The position numbers and the translations under genes are program-made. From positions 10,788,001 through 10,852,000 of the forward strand of contig CM120642.1 in NCBI GenBank assembly GCA_051362555.1: DNA of 64,000 nucleotides. The letters are read 5' to 3'. The notes under the pieces are model-generated. The model saw only the letters and a list, made by a program, of their open reading frames with translations, was not told the DNA's origin and did not search any database. Shown here piece by piece: positions 1 to 11,631 of the stretch; the first letter of the stretch is position 1, and the number at the start of each line of letters is the position of its first letter. The DNA is from Lingula anatina. Its lineage: Eukaryota > Animalia > Brachiopoda.

Positions 1-519
1 TGCATGCGCTTTCCACAGTATTCATGTAAAAGTAGAAGTGTTAGAAGCGGTTACTCCATGTAACTATACAACGCCCATATAGACACGTTTTATTCGGCAG
101 TTTCTCTTGACTGTAGCAAAATGGACCGTCAACGCTTAAACTTCACTGACACCTCAAAGTTCATAATTTTCCGTCACAGTTCACTGAGACTTCAACCAGA
201 GCTGCTCCAAGGAGTTGCACTTGTTGACTCTAGAAGGAAAAAAAGAGAAAATGGAATCTACTTTCCCGATAATATAATGTTATACATTCAGGAAAGTTAC
301 AGCACTTTTTAAAAAAATGAAAGCATGCGCCAGATGCCTTAAACACCAAGAAAAACACTCTCGTGCGACGATGTTTTCGTTCATATTCACAATTCGTTCA
401 TATACGTAAAGAAATTAATTGAGCCTGTATTATTTGAACATAAAGAATAACATATACGAGGTGAAAATGCATATACTTACAAGACTTAAAATATTCGCCG
501 TAAAAAGTAATGGAAGCAT

Positions 520-858
520 CTATCCATGATAATGGTGAGGGTATCCGTACGGAGAAGGGTATTTGTATCCACCCCCATAACCTGGGTATCCGTAGCCATA
601 TCCAGGATATCCGATGTATCCGGCGTATTGGTAGTTTCTCTTGTAGGCGTCCGCGTAGTCTGGGTAGCCTTTGAAGTACGGGTTATAGCTGAGGCCGTAG
701 TAAGGTTTAGGGTAGGACGAATATGACGGGTACTTCGGGGGGTAGTAGCCGGGATAGTAACCGGGGTAGTGTCCAGGATAGGAACTGTGGCTGGTTAAGT
801 GGGCGGCCTGGCTGTACGCGACAGCAAGAACCACTACTATCAAACCGACCAGCTTCAT
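520..858 (-). CDS. Secreted Tyr/Gly/Pro-rich low-complexity structural protein (112 aa), cluster gene 1
   Basis: ATG-initiated ORF with hydrophobic signal peptide MKLVGLIVVVLAVAYSQA followed by YPG/GY repeats. Shares GY(P/A)DYxD(A/S)YxR and PSPYGY with gene 2. GTAAGT donor at 480, polypyrimidine-TAG acceptor at 230, AATAAA at 89-94 (minus strand). Confidence 0.85.
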   Translation of the reverse strand: MKLVGLIVVVLAVAYSQAAHLTSHSSYPGHYPGYYPGYYPPKYPSYSSYPKPYYGLSYNPYFKGYPDYADAYKRNYQYAGYIGYPGYGYGYPGYGGGYKYPSPYGYPHHYHG

Positions 859-3800
859 ACTGCTTACTAGAGATTTCTACAAAAGCTGCACCGTAAGCAG
901 ACAAGTTCACCTGTTTGACCGTCTGGCAGGTGCCCGCTCGTACACTGTGCTTATGTATTAGACAAATGCCTGCTGCCGAATCAACATATGTACGTATGCT
1001 GACAATAACCAATTCATGGATGACAGTGTGGTACTTATTCTTATCATAATTTAACAACCTGAATTTTTAATGGTCGAGGCACCGTTAGCGTGTTATTGTA
1101 AAGCACGAAGGTGGTGTTATAACGATTTGTTTCATTTAAACCGTGACAGCGTTTGCAAGCATCATAATTAATAAAGTGCTTCATCTGTTTTTTATGCTAA
1201 TAAAAATGAGCATTCTCTGTTCTTGTCGTTTACCTAATAATTATGCTAATGAAATATATAATGCAATCAAACAAACGAGCAGTTGTTTTGGTTTTACAGT
1301 GGATCACTATGAACCATATTTTTATGTGATTTGTGTTCGTTGCATTTGTCATTCTCGACAACAGCGAAAGTGAAAAAAGAATGTGAAGATAGCTGTTCAC
1401 ACGGCACCATCTTTGACGAGAATCATTCCAGGTTTTCAAAAAGGCGGGGGGGGGGGAGCTATTTATTTATTCATTTCATTGTTTAGATGGTGGGTGCAAT
1501 GTTAGAATGTTTTTATGGATTTCACTGTCTTCTCTTCTTCTTCTTCTTCTCTTTGATGCTTAAAATGTACTGCAGTGGGTGTCGCTTTTCGATACTTTGT
1601 TCTGACAACTCTGACAGCTGTCACACAGAGCTCCACAGTGTAAAAATTCCGTTTAAAAGATTATAGATCAATAAAATTTAGATGAAAAGATAATGGACAT
1701 TGGTATTATTCGACCCTTGAGAAAAAGACCTCACTAAATTCTTGCCAGTGAATTTTTCCATATGAAAGAGATATTGTCCAAAAACGTCTGAACTGCTATA
1801 GATAAACTTACCCTCACGAAACCCACTTTTTTAAAACAGTACTTGTGTTATCATTATTGTCGTGAGTCGTTTAAAATACGGAATTAACATAATATATACC
1901 AATTAGATTTAAATGCTGCTTGTCCGTGGGTATTTTATTGATGTAAATTAAGAGAATGGTGCCGTTTGGATTCAACGCGGGTTTGTAGCACTGTTATCAA
2001 GCATACGACGCCCTGAAAGCGAGCACTTGTAGCCTATTTAGTTTCTATTATCTGTGTTTCCATCATTTCCTCAAGAAGTCACCGGGTACTACCAAACGGA
2101 CGAGGCATTGGACCTGCACGTTTTAAAAATACTTTGAACATGCCGACGTGTCCATCTTTGTTCTTCGTTTAATATTCATGCAATTATTCATACTAAAAGC
2201 TCTCACATACATGAACACTAACAACTGTTAGTAGACACATCCTATGGCACGCTCGAGTCGTTCAGACGCACAAACAGGACATTCGTATCCTGTTATGTAT
2301 TTTTTCTCTTTCCTTTATAGTTACAGAGGTCAAACATGAACATTCAGCTAGAACAATGACGAAGCCAGATTGAAGTACCCGGGTTAATCTCTGTCTCACT
2401 TTCCACTTATTGTCCTTGACTTATTTTGGCTTCTCTTTTTGACCTCAAGAAAGATAAGAAATAAGCAGCTTTCCAGGATATGTAGACAGAAAAATATCAT
2501 TTTGGTACTTTTTTAAATCGCGGATACTAGAAGTAAAAGTATACCTTTAAATCACTAGAACTGTCTACATTAAGCATTTTACAAACATAATTTTGAAAAG
2601 ACATTCTCAAAAAGCTACATTTATAATTCTTTCTTTCTTTCTTTCATGTTTGCCATACCGACGACCTGTAAGCCCTAATCTAAAATCGATTGTATATTTG
2701 AATATCAAACAAATGCTACTTTATCATGGCATAGAAATAATTGTGTTTTATGCATGCAGTTCTAATTAATCAGGAATTTGTACTGATTTCAATTATTTGA
2801 TTAATACCTTATTTGTACATATCATTAAGAAGAAAACCAAACATACCCGTCTTATAAAGTGTTGAACACGTTAAAACAGAGAATAGGGACGCCATTGAAA
2901 ATGTTCTTTATTTCGTCAGCTGAATAGATTGAGTTGTAACGTGATGATCCACGAAGCACGATAGCACGAAGTCAAAATTGGATTTTAAACGCTTTTTATC
3001 ATTAAATTTTTTTGATAACAGGCACCTTCCCACTGATCCCGCTCCCTGTTTGTGGAAAAGAATCTGTAGCGATATCAACACTGGACTTTATAAGCACTGA
3101 ATTAAGGAGTATGTCTTTGTGGTTGTGACGCTCATTTTTGTAGCAGGCAGATTGGTGCAACTAACGCAATATGTAGCCTGGAGCACCACCTGCTGCGATC
3201 CGATGATCCCAGCTGTAGCAATCATTAATACAACCGTCAGGGACCCACTAAAGTCAGGGGCGGATTGAGGCTGTCTTCTGGGTCTTCCGGAAGACGGTCA
3301 AATTTCTAAGTTAACATTGATGAGCACCTAATCTTTTTCTGTCGGAAGACGGTCAAAAAATGGAGGATGGATCAACATAGATAATGTGGAAGACAGTCAG
3401 AAAATATCTCCGACTGTACAAAATCACACTGTGCTTTTCAAAATTTATTGTAACAGACTACTAGGGCACCCTGAGGTCAGAGAGTATATAGTAGAATCGC
3501 AAATCGCTTATGTACTCTGGTAATTTTTTAGCCTGTTCGTACGGAACAGAAAGTAGAAGGGAGATTTATTTGAATGCATACACACGGAGACTTGTGTCAA
3601 AAACGGATAGCTTTATTCTGTCATTTCATGTCACAACAAATATAGAGTCAATAAATAGAGTACGTGATACTGCAGCCTGCCTTTGCTTCACTTTCACCTC
3701 ACTTCCCTGGGTTTTTTTAAGTCGAGCGTAACGTCTTTCTTTTCCAGCATTCACATTCCTGCTCTCGCTCTCTGCTCTGCGTCTTAATTCACAACCACAT

Positions 3801-4127
3801 CGGTTTGTCGAAACACTACCTTAAAGAGAAAAGTTACGACACATCTCAACTTCGGATCGGCACACTGAGCCCCTCGTGCTCTGAACTCAATATACTAGTA
3901 GGCATAACAATTTCTATCAACATTTCTAAATCCTTACGTGATCTTACTGTTTTTCAATAACCTTCGCTATGAGTAAGCCTACATGCAGATCCTTCGACAA
4001 TAACCAAGTTGTACATGTATATTGAAACATTTGAGATGCACACCCTACTAAGAACAATTTTTATTTGTACCAATTAAACAATAAGTTTACCTACCAATGC
4101 AACATTGATATTTGGCTGTTTCAAATT

Positions 4128-4550
4128 TCAGTATCCATATGGTGATGGATGTCCGTATTTGGGTGGGTATCCAGGGTATCCGCCATAACTTGGGTATCCA
4201 CCATAACCTGGGTAACCACCATAACCTGGGTACCCGCCATAACTTGGGTATCCACCATAACTTGGGTATCCGCCATAACTTGGGTATCCACCATAGCTTG
4301 GATATCCGTATCCTGGGTATGCGCTGTAACCTGGATATATACCATAGCCTGGGTAGGCGCCATTGTCCGGTATCTTGGTCACAAATTGCCTGTCATAGGA
4401 GTCTTTGTAATCCGCATATCCCCGGTACCTGTAAGATGGCATCCGGCCGTAGTAGGTACCTGTCAGCGCATAGGGGTTGCCTTCTACACCCTGGGGTACA
4501 ATGTACAACGTGCACACTGTCAACAACAATATACAAACATATTTCATCAT
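4128..4550 (-). CDS. Secreted Gly/Tyr/Pro-rich protein with (YGGYP[S/G]) hexapeptide repeats (140 aa), cluster gene 2
   Basis: Signal peptide MMKYVCILLLTVCTLYIVPQGVEG. 18-bp tandem repeats encode GGYPSY/GGYPGY. Paralogous motifs shared with gene 1. Confidence 0.85.
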   Translation of the reverse strand: MMKYVCILLLTVCTLYIVPQGVEGNPYALTGTYYGRMPSYRYRGYADYKDSYDRQFVTKIPDNGAYPGYGIYPGYSAYPGYGYPSYGGYPSYGGYPSYGGYPSYGGYPGYGGYPGYGGYPSYGGYPGYPPKYGHPSPYGY

Positions 4551-6855
4551 TGTTCTGTGTAAAAATCTAAATCAGTCTGTATACACTGTACAAAATACGC
4601 CCCTTGCTCTCTGTGACTCTGTGACTCTTGGTCAGTGCTCTAGTGCCAGCTAGTCACCTAGCTAAGTCACGACCAGGCATTTCGTGTAATGACCCTTATC
4701 TCATTTTATCTTAAGTTCATCTGGTTTTAAGCAAGCATAGTGGTAGAGCTTTTAAAATTAACCTTGAATCTAAATTATAAAACAATTAGGCAGTTGTACT
4801 GTAGGTAGACTTAAATAGGATGGGTTTTGTTAACAGTAAGCTTCATTATGTTCACAGCATTATTACAAACAATTTTTCAAATGGTATGAAAGTCTTGCAT
4901 TGCTTACACCTTCCTGTATTCGGAGATGAACATCATTTTATAAAGCGTTTCAGTTCTAACTATATCGAAATACCTATAAATATTTACCACAGAGAGTGGA
5001 CTGGGCAAAGAAATATTCAAGTATGAAATATGCGGTTGGGTTCGTTTTTTACGTATCGCTGCATGGTCCTTTACCAAGTACATTTGCCGAGTTATCAAAG
5101 AAAATTTATGCAAATAAAGGTCGTGAGAGATACTAATTAATGCAGAAGTAACGCACAGGAGAATTAAGCCAAGGCTATACTTAACGAGCCACGGCACAGA
5201 CGACGCTGGCGACATGGGGTTATCAGGGCATGCATCGCTTCCTTGTACGATCTGAGGCCACTCGGCCATTGTTAATGTCTTGGACACGCCTCTTTCGAGA
5301 CTGACCCTAACTGTTCTGCATTAATTTAAAGTCATTATTCTAAATTCATCGTCACACTCGCTAAAGAGAACACGTAGCGTTTATTTATTAATTCATTTTG
5401 GTTTATAGCACTCTTATGTATCATTGTTATCCCCAGTAATACGTTTGTTGTACAAGACGGAATATAACTTGACTGGTTAATTACCCTTTCATAAACCTGG
5501 GGAAAAGAAAAGGTTGCTGATAATGTAATGAACGCTGACTGTTATTTTGATCCTCTGTTAAAATTGGAAGGTGTAAGAGCGACGGCTGATATAGACTTGT
5601 GTGCAATTTTCGAGATGCATGTAATACACGTATGACGTTAAAATATATATGTAAAATACATGTACTGTTTTTCTTTTTTAATATGTATAACCGAATTAAA
5701 ATCAACTTTTGTAATACATCGGTGTTTTCTTTCTATCTTTCTTTTTCTTTATTTAATATCTTTTATTTCTTTTTTTTAATTCGCCTTTCTTTCTTTCTTT
5801 TTATTTTTGCAAATACATCTGTTTTCTATATTGCTCATGATTAGCGCAGCGTAAATAAATGGTTCAGATAATTGATTTGACTTAAAAAACTGAAGGCGAA
5901 AAGCCAATCGTTTGTTACATTGCTCTGCATATTCTTACATGGACTGATATTTGTAATACGCATAACATTTGATATGAATTGGGCAGAAAAACTAGTGAAT
6001 GCCGTCCACTTATTCTAAAGGAGAAATGTATGATTCAAATACATGCGCATTTCTGTTTTGCATTTTATAAATTATGTGAAGAATGAACAGAGAGGAAAAT
6101 GTATAAATATAAATAATTTTATTAAAACTGTAAAAAGCCGTTTACAATAACCACTCATAAATAAAAACTGAATAATCGGTGTTAATTCTAATGTACATGA
6201 AAAACAAATCTCTCCTTAAACATGTAACTGTTAGCTATGTTAAAGCAATGTTTAATACATGTGCAATCAAAAAGAAAATCAAGAGGCCATATCAATGGCA
6301 GAGCAAACACATTTAGTAACATATACACAGACTGAAGAATGCATTTATGAAATGAATTTTTATGAGTGTAGAAGATAAAGCAGATAGGAAAAGTGACGCA
6401 AGTTAAGTCACGGTTAGTGGTAATCACTGGTCACGTGATGATAGCGTTTCCTCCAAAAGGCTCCATTTCTGCGCTGTAGAATTTGAAGTCTTTAGCCCCA
6501 CAGACTTAGAACTTGTTGGTCTTTCTGTTTACAGCAACACCCGCACAGAGAAGTCATTTCCACTCAGGACAAAAAACAACCAACAAAATAAGGGTCAAAC
6601 CTACAAAAAATGAATATGCATGTATTTTTTTATTTTATTTACACCACAATGTTGGAATGCTCATTGTCGTAGCACTTACTGTCAGTGGTCTTAATGGATG
6701 CAATAAAATTTTTGTATAAATTTGAAAAGAAATGTGTAAATTGAATTGCAGAAATTATTGTGCATAATTCACCGGGAATCTTGTCACCGTGCACCGTAGC
6801 GTTAAAAATGACAAGGAAGAATACCTGATTTTTACCTGATAATTAAAGAAATGTG

Positions 6856-7021
6856 CAGGTCCGTAGCCAGCAATTTCAAAAGGGGGTTCTTTTTCTGAAA
6901 AAGTGGACCTTTTTCCATAAAAATTTAATGTACCTAGATCAAATTTTACCCAGAGTGGACCTTTTCCCAGCTAAAGGGGCGGTTCTTTTGAACCCCCCGA
7001 ACCCCCCTGGCTACGGGCCTG
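6856..7021. mobile_element. MITE-like non-autonomous DNA element
   Basis: Terminal inverted repeats CAGGTCCGTAGCCAG ... CTGGCTACGGGCCTG. Internal direct repeat AGTGGACCTTTT. Lies in the predicted 3'-UTR intron of gene 3. Confidence 0.7.
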
Positions 7022-7071
7022 CATGTGTGAATGAAAATGATGCTTTTTTTTACCTTTATATCTAGCGTCTC

Positions 7072-7770
7072 CTAACCCTGATAATAGTTGTTTTGATAGC
7101 TGGGATATCCAGAGTTGCCGTAGTAACCTTGGTTAGAGTATCCAGAGTTTGTCCCATAGTACGATGGATTGCTGGCCTGTGTTCCATAGTTGTAGTTCTG
7201 CCCATACCCATTATACCCGCCGCTGGTTTGGTAATTCACGCCACTGTTATACGGCTGAGATTGGTAGTATTGGTTGCCATACCCTGCGTAACTGCCGTAC
7301 CCAGCGTTGTTATACCCTGCGTTATTACCATACCCCACGGTACCACCGTACCCGGCATTGTTATTATACCCTGGGGTGCCACCATATCCGGCGTTGTTAT
7401 ACCCTGTGTATGTTGGATCATTGTAACTCTGGTAATTGTTGTCACCTTGGTTACTGTATGTAGGGTTACCGCCGTAATTGCTCTGGTACAACTTTCCTTG
7501 GTTACCATAGGCCGTGTTCCCGCCGTATGTCTGTGACTGGTAGCCTTGATTCACGTAGCCAGGGTTGCTGTTGTAGGTGGTCGAAGGTCTTGCGTACCCT
7601 ACGACGTTGCTCCCACCATAGCCGACGTTTCCACCGGTTCCCCCTGTGGCGCTGGGTGTGGCTGCGGCATTAGACCCCCCAATACGCCCGGAAGGAAACT
7701 GATATGGTTGTGCCGCCGACGGCGTCAGTATGGCCAGAGCAGCGATAAGGAACACAAGCAAGGCGTTCAT
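7072..7770 (-). CDS. Secreted Gly/Tyr/Asn/Gln-rich protein (232 aa), cluster gene 3
   Basis: True start is likely the ATG at 7770 (MNALLVFLIAALAILTPSAA|Q signal peptide), since the ORF-track start is a non-ATG codon. Contains NNAGYGG and YGNQG repeats. Confidence 0.85.
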   Translation of the reverse strand: MNALLVFLIAALAILTPSAAQPYQFPSGRIGGSNAAATPSATGGTGGNVGYGGSNVVGYARPSTTYNSNPGYVNQGYQSQTYGGNTAYGNQGKLYQSNYGGNPTYSNQGDNNYQSYNDPTYTGYNNAGYGGTPGYNNNAGYGGTVGYGNNAGYNNAGYGSYAGYGNQYYQSQPYNSGVNYQTSGGYNGYGQNYNYGTQASNPSYYGTNSGYSNQGYYGNSGYPSYQNNYYQG

Positions 7771-9133
7771 ATTGTCGCCGGGCAGGATCACGATGGTCGC
7801 AGGGGCTGGGGAGCGCTCGCGCGGCTGCTCTGAATGTCTCAATCACATACACCAGGGATGATATAGGCGGTATTATCTACCATTTCCAATTTTAATATGT
7901 AAAATCCCGGTTACGTATATTAAAGTCTTTAGTCACGTATGAGGAAACGAAATGACCTTTATCAGGATATTTGATAAGCATACATGGAGAACACTTAATG
8001 GTAGCCTTACTGCAGCGTTCCATTTGGGAAATTATAGGTATGCAAATTGGGGGCGTTTTAAAGATACGTTTCGTATATGTATTTAAATAGTGCCACACCA
8101 GATTAAAAACGGCGATTTTTCAATGTGCGTCTCCGTCGTACATGTCAATAATTAACATATCTTACTGGCTTGTTACCTCGTTAACACGCGCATCCACAAT
8201 CATGCACGCATAGACATACACCTTACCATTTTAATTATTTAAAATATTAATGTGAACAGTATTTTCTCCTTCCTGGACTGGGTGTATCTCGGGCCATGGA
8301 GGGAGGCTCCGCGAGGATAAAATTAACAAACAAATTTCATAATCAAGAATTCACCTTAGGGTCACCAAATGGTCTTTTGGATTCGTTTTATATAAGTTTG
8401 TCTGAAAGCGACAGGGCGTGATAAACAGCATTATCAATGAAGGGCAGGTTGGGAGATTCAATTAGAGGTGATTTGTTCTACAGAGAATAATTTGACTTTT
8501 GTGGACTTCTTAATCTGAATCTGACTTTTGAATCTTATATTTTTTTATCGTACATATGGTTTTTTGTAATTGAAATCCTTTGAACTTTGCCATTTAATTT
8601 CACACCAGTATGCCTTCAAACTTGTGGTAATACAATGGAAAACATTTTGCTTCTTAAAGGGCAATTTTATTTTGTCTTGACTGCCGCACGTACTCGCGGA
8701 AATAAAATTTCTTTTTACTGGTATCATTAGCTACAGCATTTTACTTTTGAATGATGTGTGATGAAATTAAGTATATGAGGTCTATCAGAAAAAGACAAAT
8801 TACTCTAAATCTCTATTAGCAACAGACGCAGCATAGCCTCTAATCCAAACCTAGTGCAGATGCTATGAAAGTTGATCTTCAGACTCGCTTTAGATCTCTT
8901 TCAAGCCAGGCAGAGCGTAAAGTCAAAAATATCAAAAACAGGCTCTGGTATTAAAAATAATACTCACAAGACATCAAATACAAAAGAAACACGCCAAGAG
9001 GTTTCATATACAGCGTATCTGGATGGTCGCCGTGAGAGCATTCAGATAAGTGCTGCAGTCCATATGTGGATTGTTACTATAAAAACAATACATTAGGGCT
9101 GTGTTTGCATACAAATTGGAAAGACCGATTCAT

Positions 9134-10498
9134 TTATCCTTTGAGCCCTCCGAAACCAAAGTTAGCACCAAAACCGGGAGCATGACCACCGTTTACAAAC
9201 CTAGGACCGAAACTGCTACCAAAGCCAGAACCTTTCCCTCCTAGAAAGCCCTTGAAACCAGGTGCAAAGTTTCCACCAAAGTTAAAACTGTTTCCGAAAC
9301 CGAATGGGTCGCCTTTTCCACCGAAGATGTTTCCGAAGCCAAATGGATTACCAATTCCACCAAAATTAAAACTGTTGCCGAAGCCGAATGGATTGCCAAT
9401 TCCACCAAATTTTAAATTATCTCCGAAGCCAAATGGCTGTCCTATTCCACCAAAGATGTTTCCGAAGCCAAATGGACCGCCAATTCCACCAAAGTTGAAA
9501 TCATTTCCGCAGCAGAATGAGTCGACTTTGCCACCAAAGTTAAGATTGTTTCCGAAGCCGAATGGGTTGCCTTTTCCACCAAAGTTAAAATTATTTCCGA
9601 AGCCGAATGGCCCAACTTTACCACCAATGTTAAGATTGTTTCCGAAACCGAATGGGTTGCCTTTTCCACCAAAGTTAAAATTGTTTCCAAAGCCGAATGG
9701 GTTGCCCTTTCCACCAAATTTAATATTATTTCCAACACCTAGTAGGTCACCCTTTCCACCAAAGTCTCTTCCACCATACCCGTAGGTGTTGCCAATGTCC
9801 ATTCCACCATAACCAAAAGTGTTGCCATTGCTCACTCCCCCAGAGCCCTTGATATTGCCAATGTCCATTCCACCATAGCCATTGGCGTTGCCATTGTTCA
9901 CTCCCCCAGAGCCCTTGATATTGCCATTGCTCATCCCACCGTAGCCATTGGCGTTGCCATTGTTCACTCCCCCAGAGCCCTTGATATTACCATTGCTCAT
10001 TCCACCATAGCCATTGGCGTTGCCATTGCTCATTCCACCATAGCCATTGGTGTTGCCATTGCTCACTCCCCCATTACCCTTGACATTGCCATTGCCCATT
10101 CCACCACCGCCATTGGTGTTGCCGTTGCCCATTCCACCATAGCCATTGGTGTTGCCGTTGCCCATTCCACCATAGCCATTGGTGTTGCCGTTGCCCATTC
10201 CACCATAGCCATTGGTGTTGACGTTGCCCATTCCACCATAGCCATCGGTGTTGCCGTTGCCCATTCCACCATAGCCATTGGTGTTGCCGTTGCCCATTCC
10301 ACCATAGCCATTGGCGTTGCCGTTGCCCATTCCACCATAGCCATTGGCGTTGCCGTTGCCCATTCCACCATAGCCAGTGCCGCCAAAGAAACCACCTCCG
10401 TAGACAACGCCGCCTGGATTACCAGTGCTGTACATGTACGGGTAATAAGTGGCACTTGCCAACACTGCAGCGTTCAGCAGCAGAAATGTTTTCAACAT
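9134..10498 (-). CDS. Secreted two-block repeat protein (454 aa): GYGGMGNGNTN repeats then FGNNFNFGGKGNPF repeats, cluster gene 4
   Basis: ATG at 10498 (MLKTFLLLNAAVLASA signal peptide). 33-bp and 45-bp coding tandem repeats. TATAAA at 10559-10564 on the minus strand. Confidence 0.88.
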   Translation of the reverse strand: MLKTFLLLNAAVLASATYYPYMYSTGNPGGVVYGGGFFGGTGYGGMGNGNANGYGGMGNGNANGYGGMGNGNTNGYGGMGNGNTDGYGGMGNVNTNGYGGMGNGNTNGYGGMGNGNTNGYGGMGNGNTNGGGGMGNGNVKGNGGVSNGNTNGYGGMSNGNANGYGGMSNGNIKGSGGVNNGNANGYGGMSNGNIKGSGGVNNGNANGYGGMDIGNIKGSGGVSNGNTFGYGGMDIGNTYGYGGRDFGGKGDLLGVGNNIKFGGKGNPFGFGNNFNFGGKGNPFGFGNNLNIGGKVGPFGFGNNFNFGGKGNPFGFGNNLNFGGKVDSFCCGNDFNFGGIGGPFGFGNIFGGIGQPFGFGDNLKFGGIGNPFGFGNSFNFGGIGNPFGFGNIFGGKGDPFGFGNSFNFGGNFAPGFKGFLGGKGSGFGSSFGPRFVNGGHAPGFGANFGFGGLKG

Positions 10499-10558
10499 TT
10501 TAATGTTTCTGTCAACAAAAATGTGAGCTCTTAGAGACAAGAGGAAGAAGCTAGTTCA

Positions 10559-10564
10559 TTTATA
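10559..10564 (-). promoter_or_regulatory. TATA box of gene 4
   Basis: TATAAA about 60 bp upstream of the ATG. Confidence 0.55.
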
Positions 10565-11631
10565 GAGCCAGGTGCGTGATTTGTTCGATTATCTAAAAAG
10601 TATTGATATTTTTGAGGGTACTGCAGCACCCTTGAACAATTTGATCATTGTAGATCACAGCAGATATGAACCAGAAGGGTTAAATTATAACTTAATCAAA
10701 TACGAAGCAATTTTAAATGTGTTTTTTAATGAACAAGGTGGAATAAATCAGTGGCTGAATAAAAAAAATCAGTTGGTGGTGGTAAATATTCCCACTGTAA
10801 GGCGGACTTATTTACTAGACTACAGATATGCTGAACCAAGTATGTAATTATTCAGATAGGATACCCATTTTATATCTTAATATACTTTACAAAGGTATGA
10901 AATTCGGTTCTTAAATCGTTTTTCTTTTCAGCATCCTTTGCCTGCATTCTGCAGGCATTAGTGTTTTACATTTGTTACTACACAGTCGTAAAATGTATGT
11001 CATAATTATTGATATTATTGCCGGGAATATTGAAAACTACAGTTTTCAACGGCATTAATAAAAAGGTTGGTGACAGATATAATCTTTAATTGGACGCGCA
11101 TGTTCTAAGGGCTTGAAGAGTGGCATCCTTAGCGCACTTCGCATTTTCGGCGCATTTTATGTCAACAGTCTTCCTTTTCATTTTTGCCCAACGTAAAGTA
11201 CTAAACGTCTAGTAGACATCATAAGTTTCGTAGCACCTATAATTCAATGAGGTATAAAAACAAATCACTATGATATATCTTTAGATAATATTGAGTGTGA
11301 CACTTCCAAAAGGAAGTGGAAATAAGAGCTTGTTAACAAGATAATTAATACTTTTCTTACCCGTTATTAGATTGCTTCAGTGTGTTAATGAAAATGTAAA
11401 GTAAAAATGAATTACTGTATTTACTGGCCCAAAAATAGAGTTTTGACGCCAGCTAAAAAACTCACATCGTCACTAGGCGTTAATACAGGCGCGTATTGTG
11501 GAGCACGTTTACTACAAGTCAATAGGTCTTACAAATTCTTAGCTTTCGTTTCAATCTAACAGAGGCCTACTGATAGTTCAATGCAATATCAAAGATGATA
11601 CAATAAATAATTTGCACTTGACAGGTCTACG

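Noticed and set aside
4085-9115. Post-stop splice donors for genes 2 (~4090-4094) and 4 (~9112)
   Set aside because: The donors are weak or ambiguous, and gene 2 has a nearby AATAAA (4060-4065). They were not counted among the 3'-UTR introns.
9252-9785. Antisense and alternative-frame ORFs over the repeat genes (e.g. PPKLKLFPKPNG, Ala/Thr/Val-rich and Arg/Trp/Leu-rich frames at 4.1, 7.1, 20.0, 24.0, 26.6, 31.1, 36.0 and 43.0 kb)
   Set aside because: Shadow ORFs caused by repetitive Gly/Tyr codons lacking stops in other frames. Most have non-ATG starts and no signal or promoter support.
9250-10380. Regular 33- and 45-bp repeats resembling an array
   Set aside because: They are in-frame coding tandem repeats without unique spacers. 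The context is eukaryotic and there are no cas genes, so this is not CRISPR.
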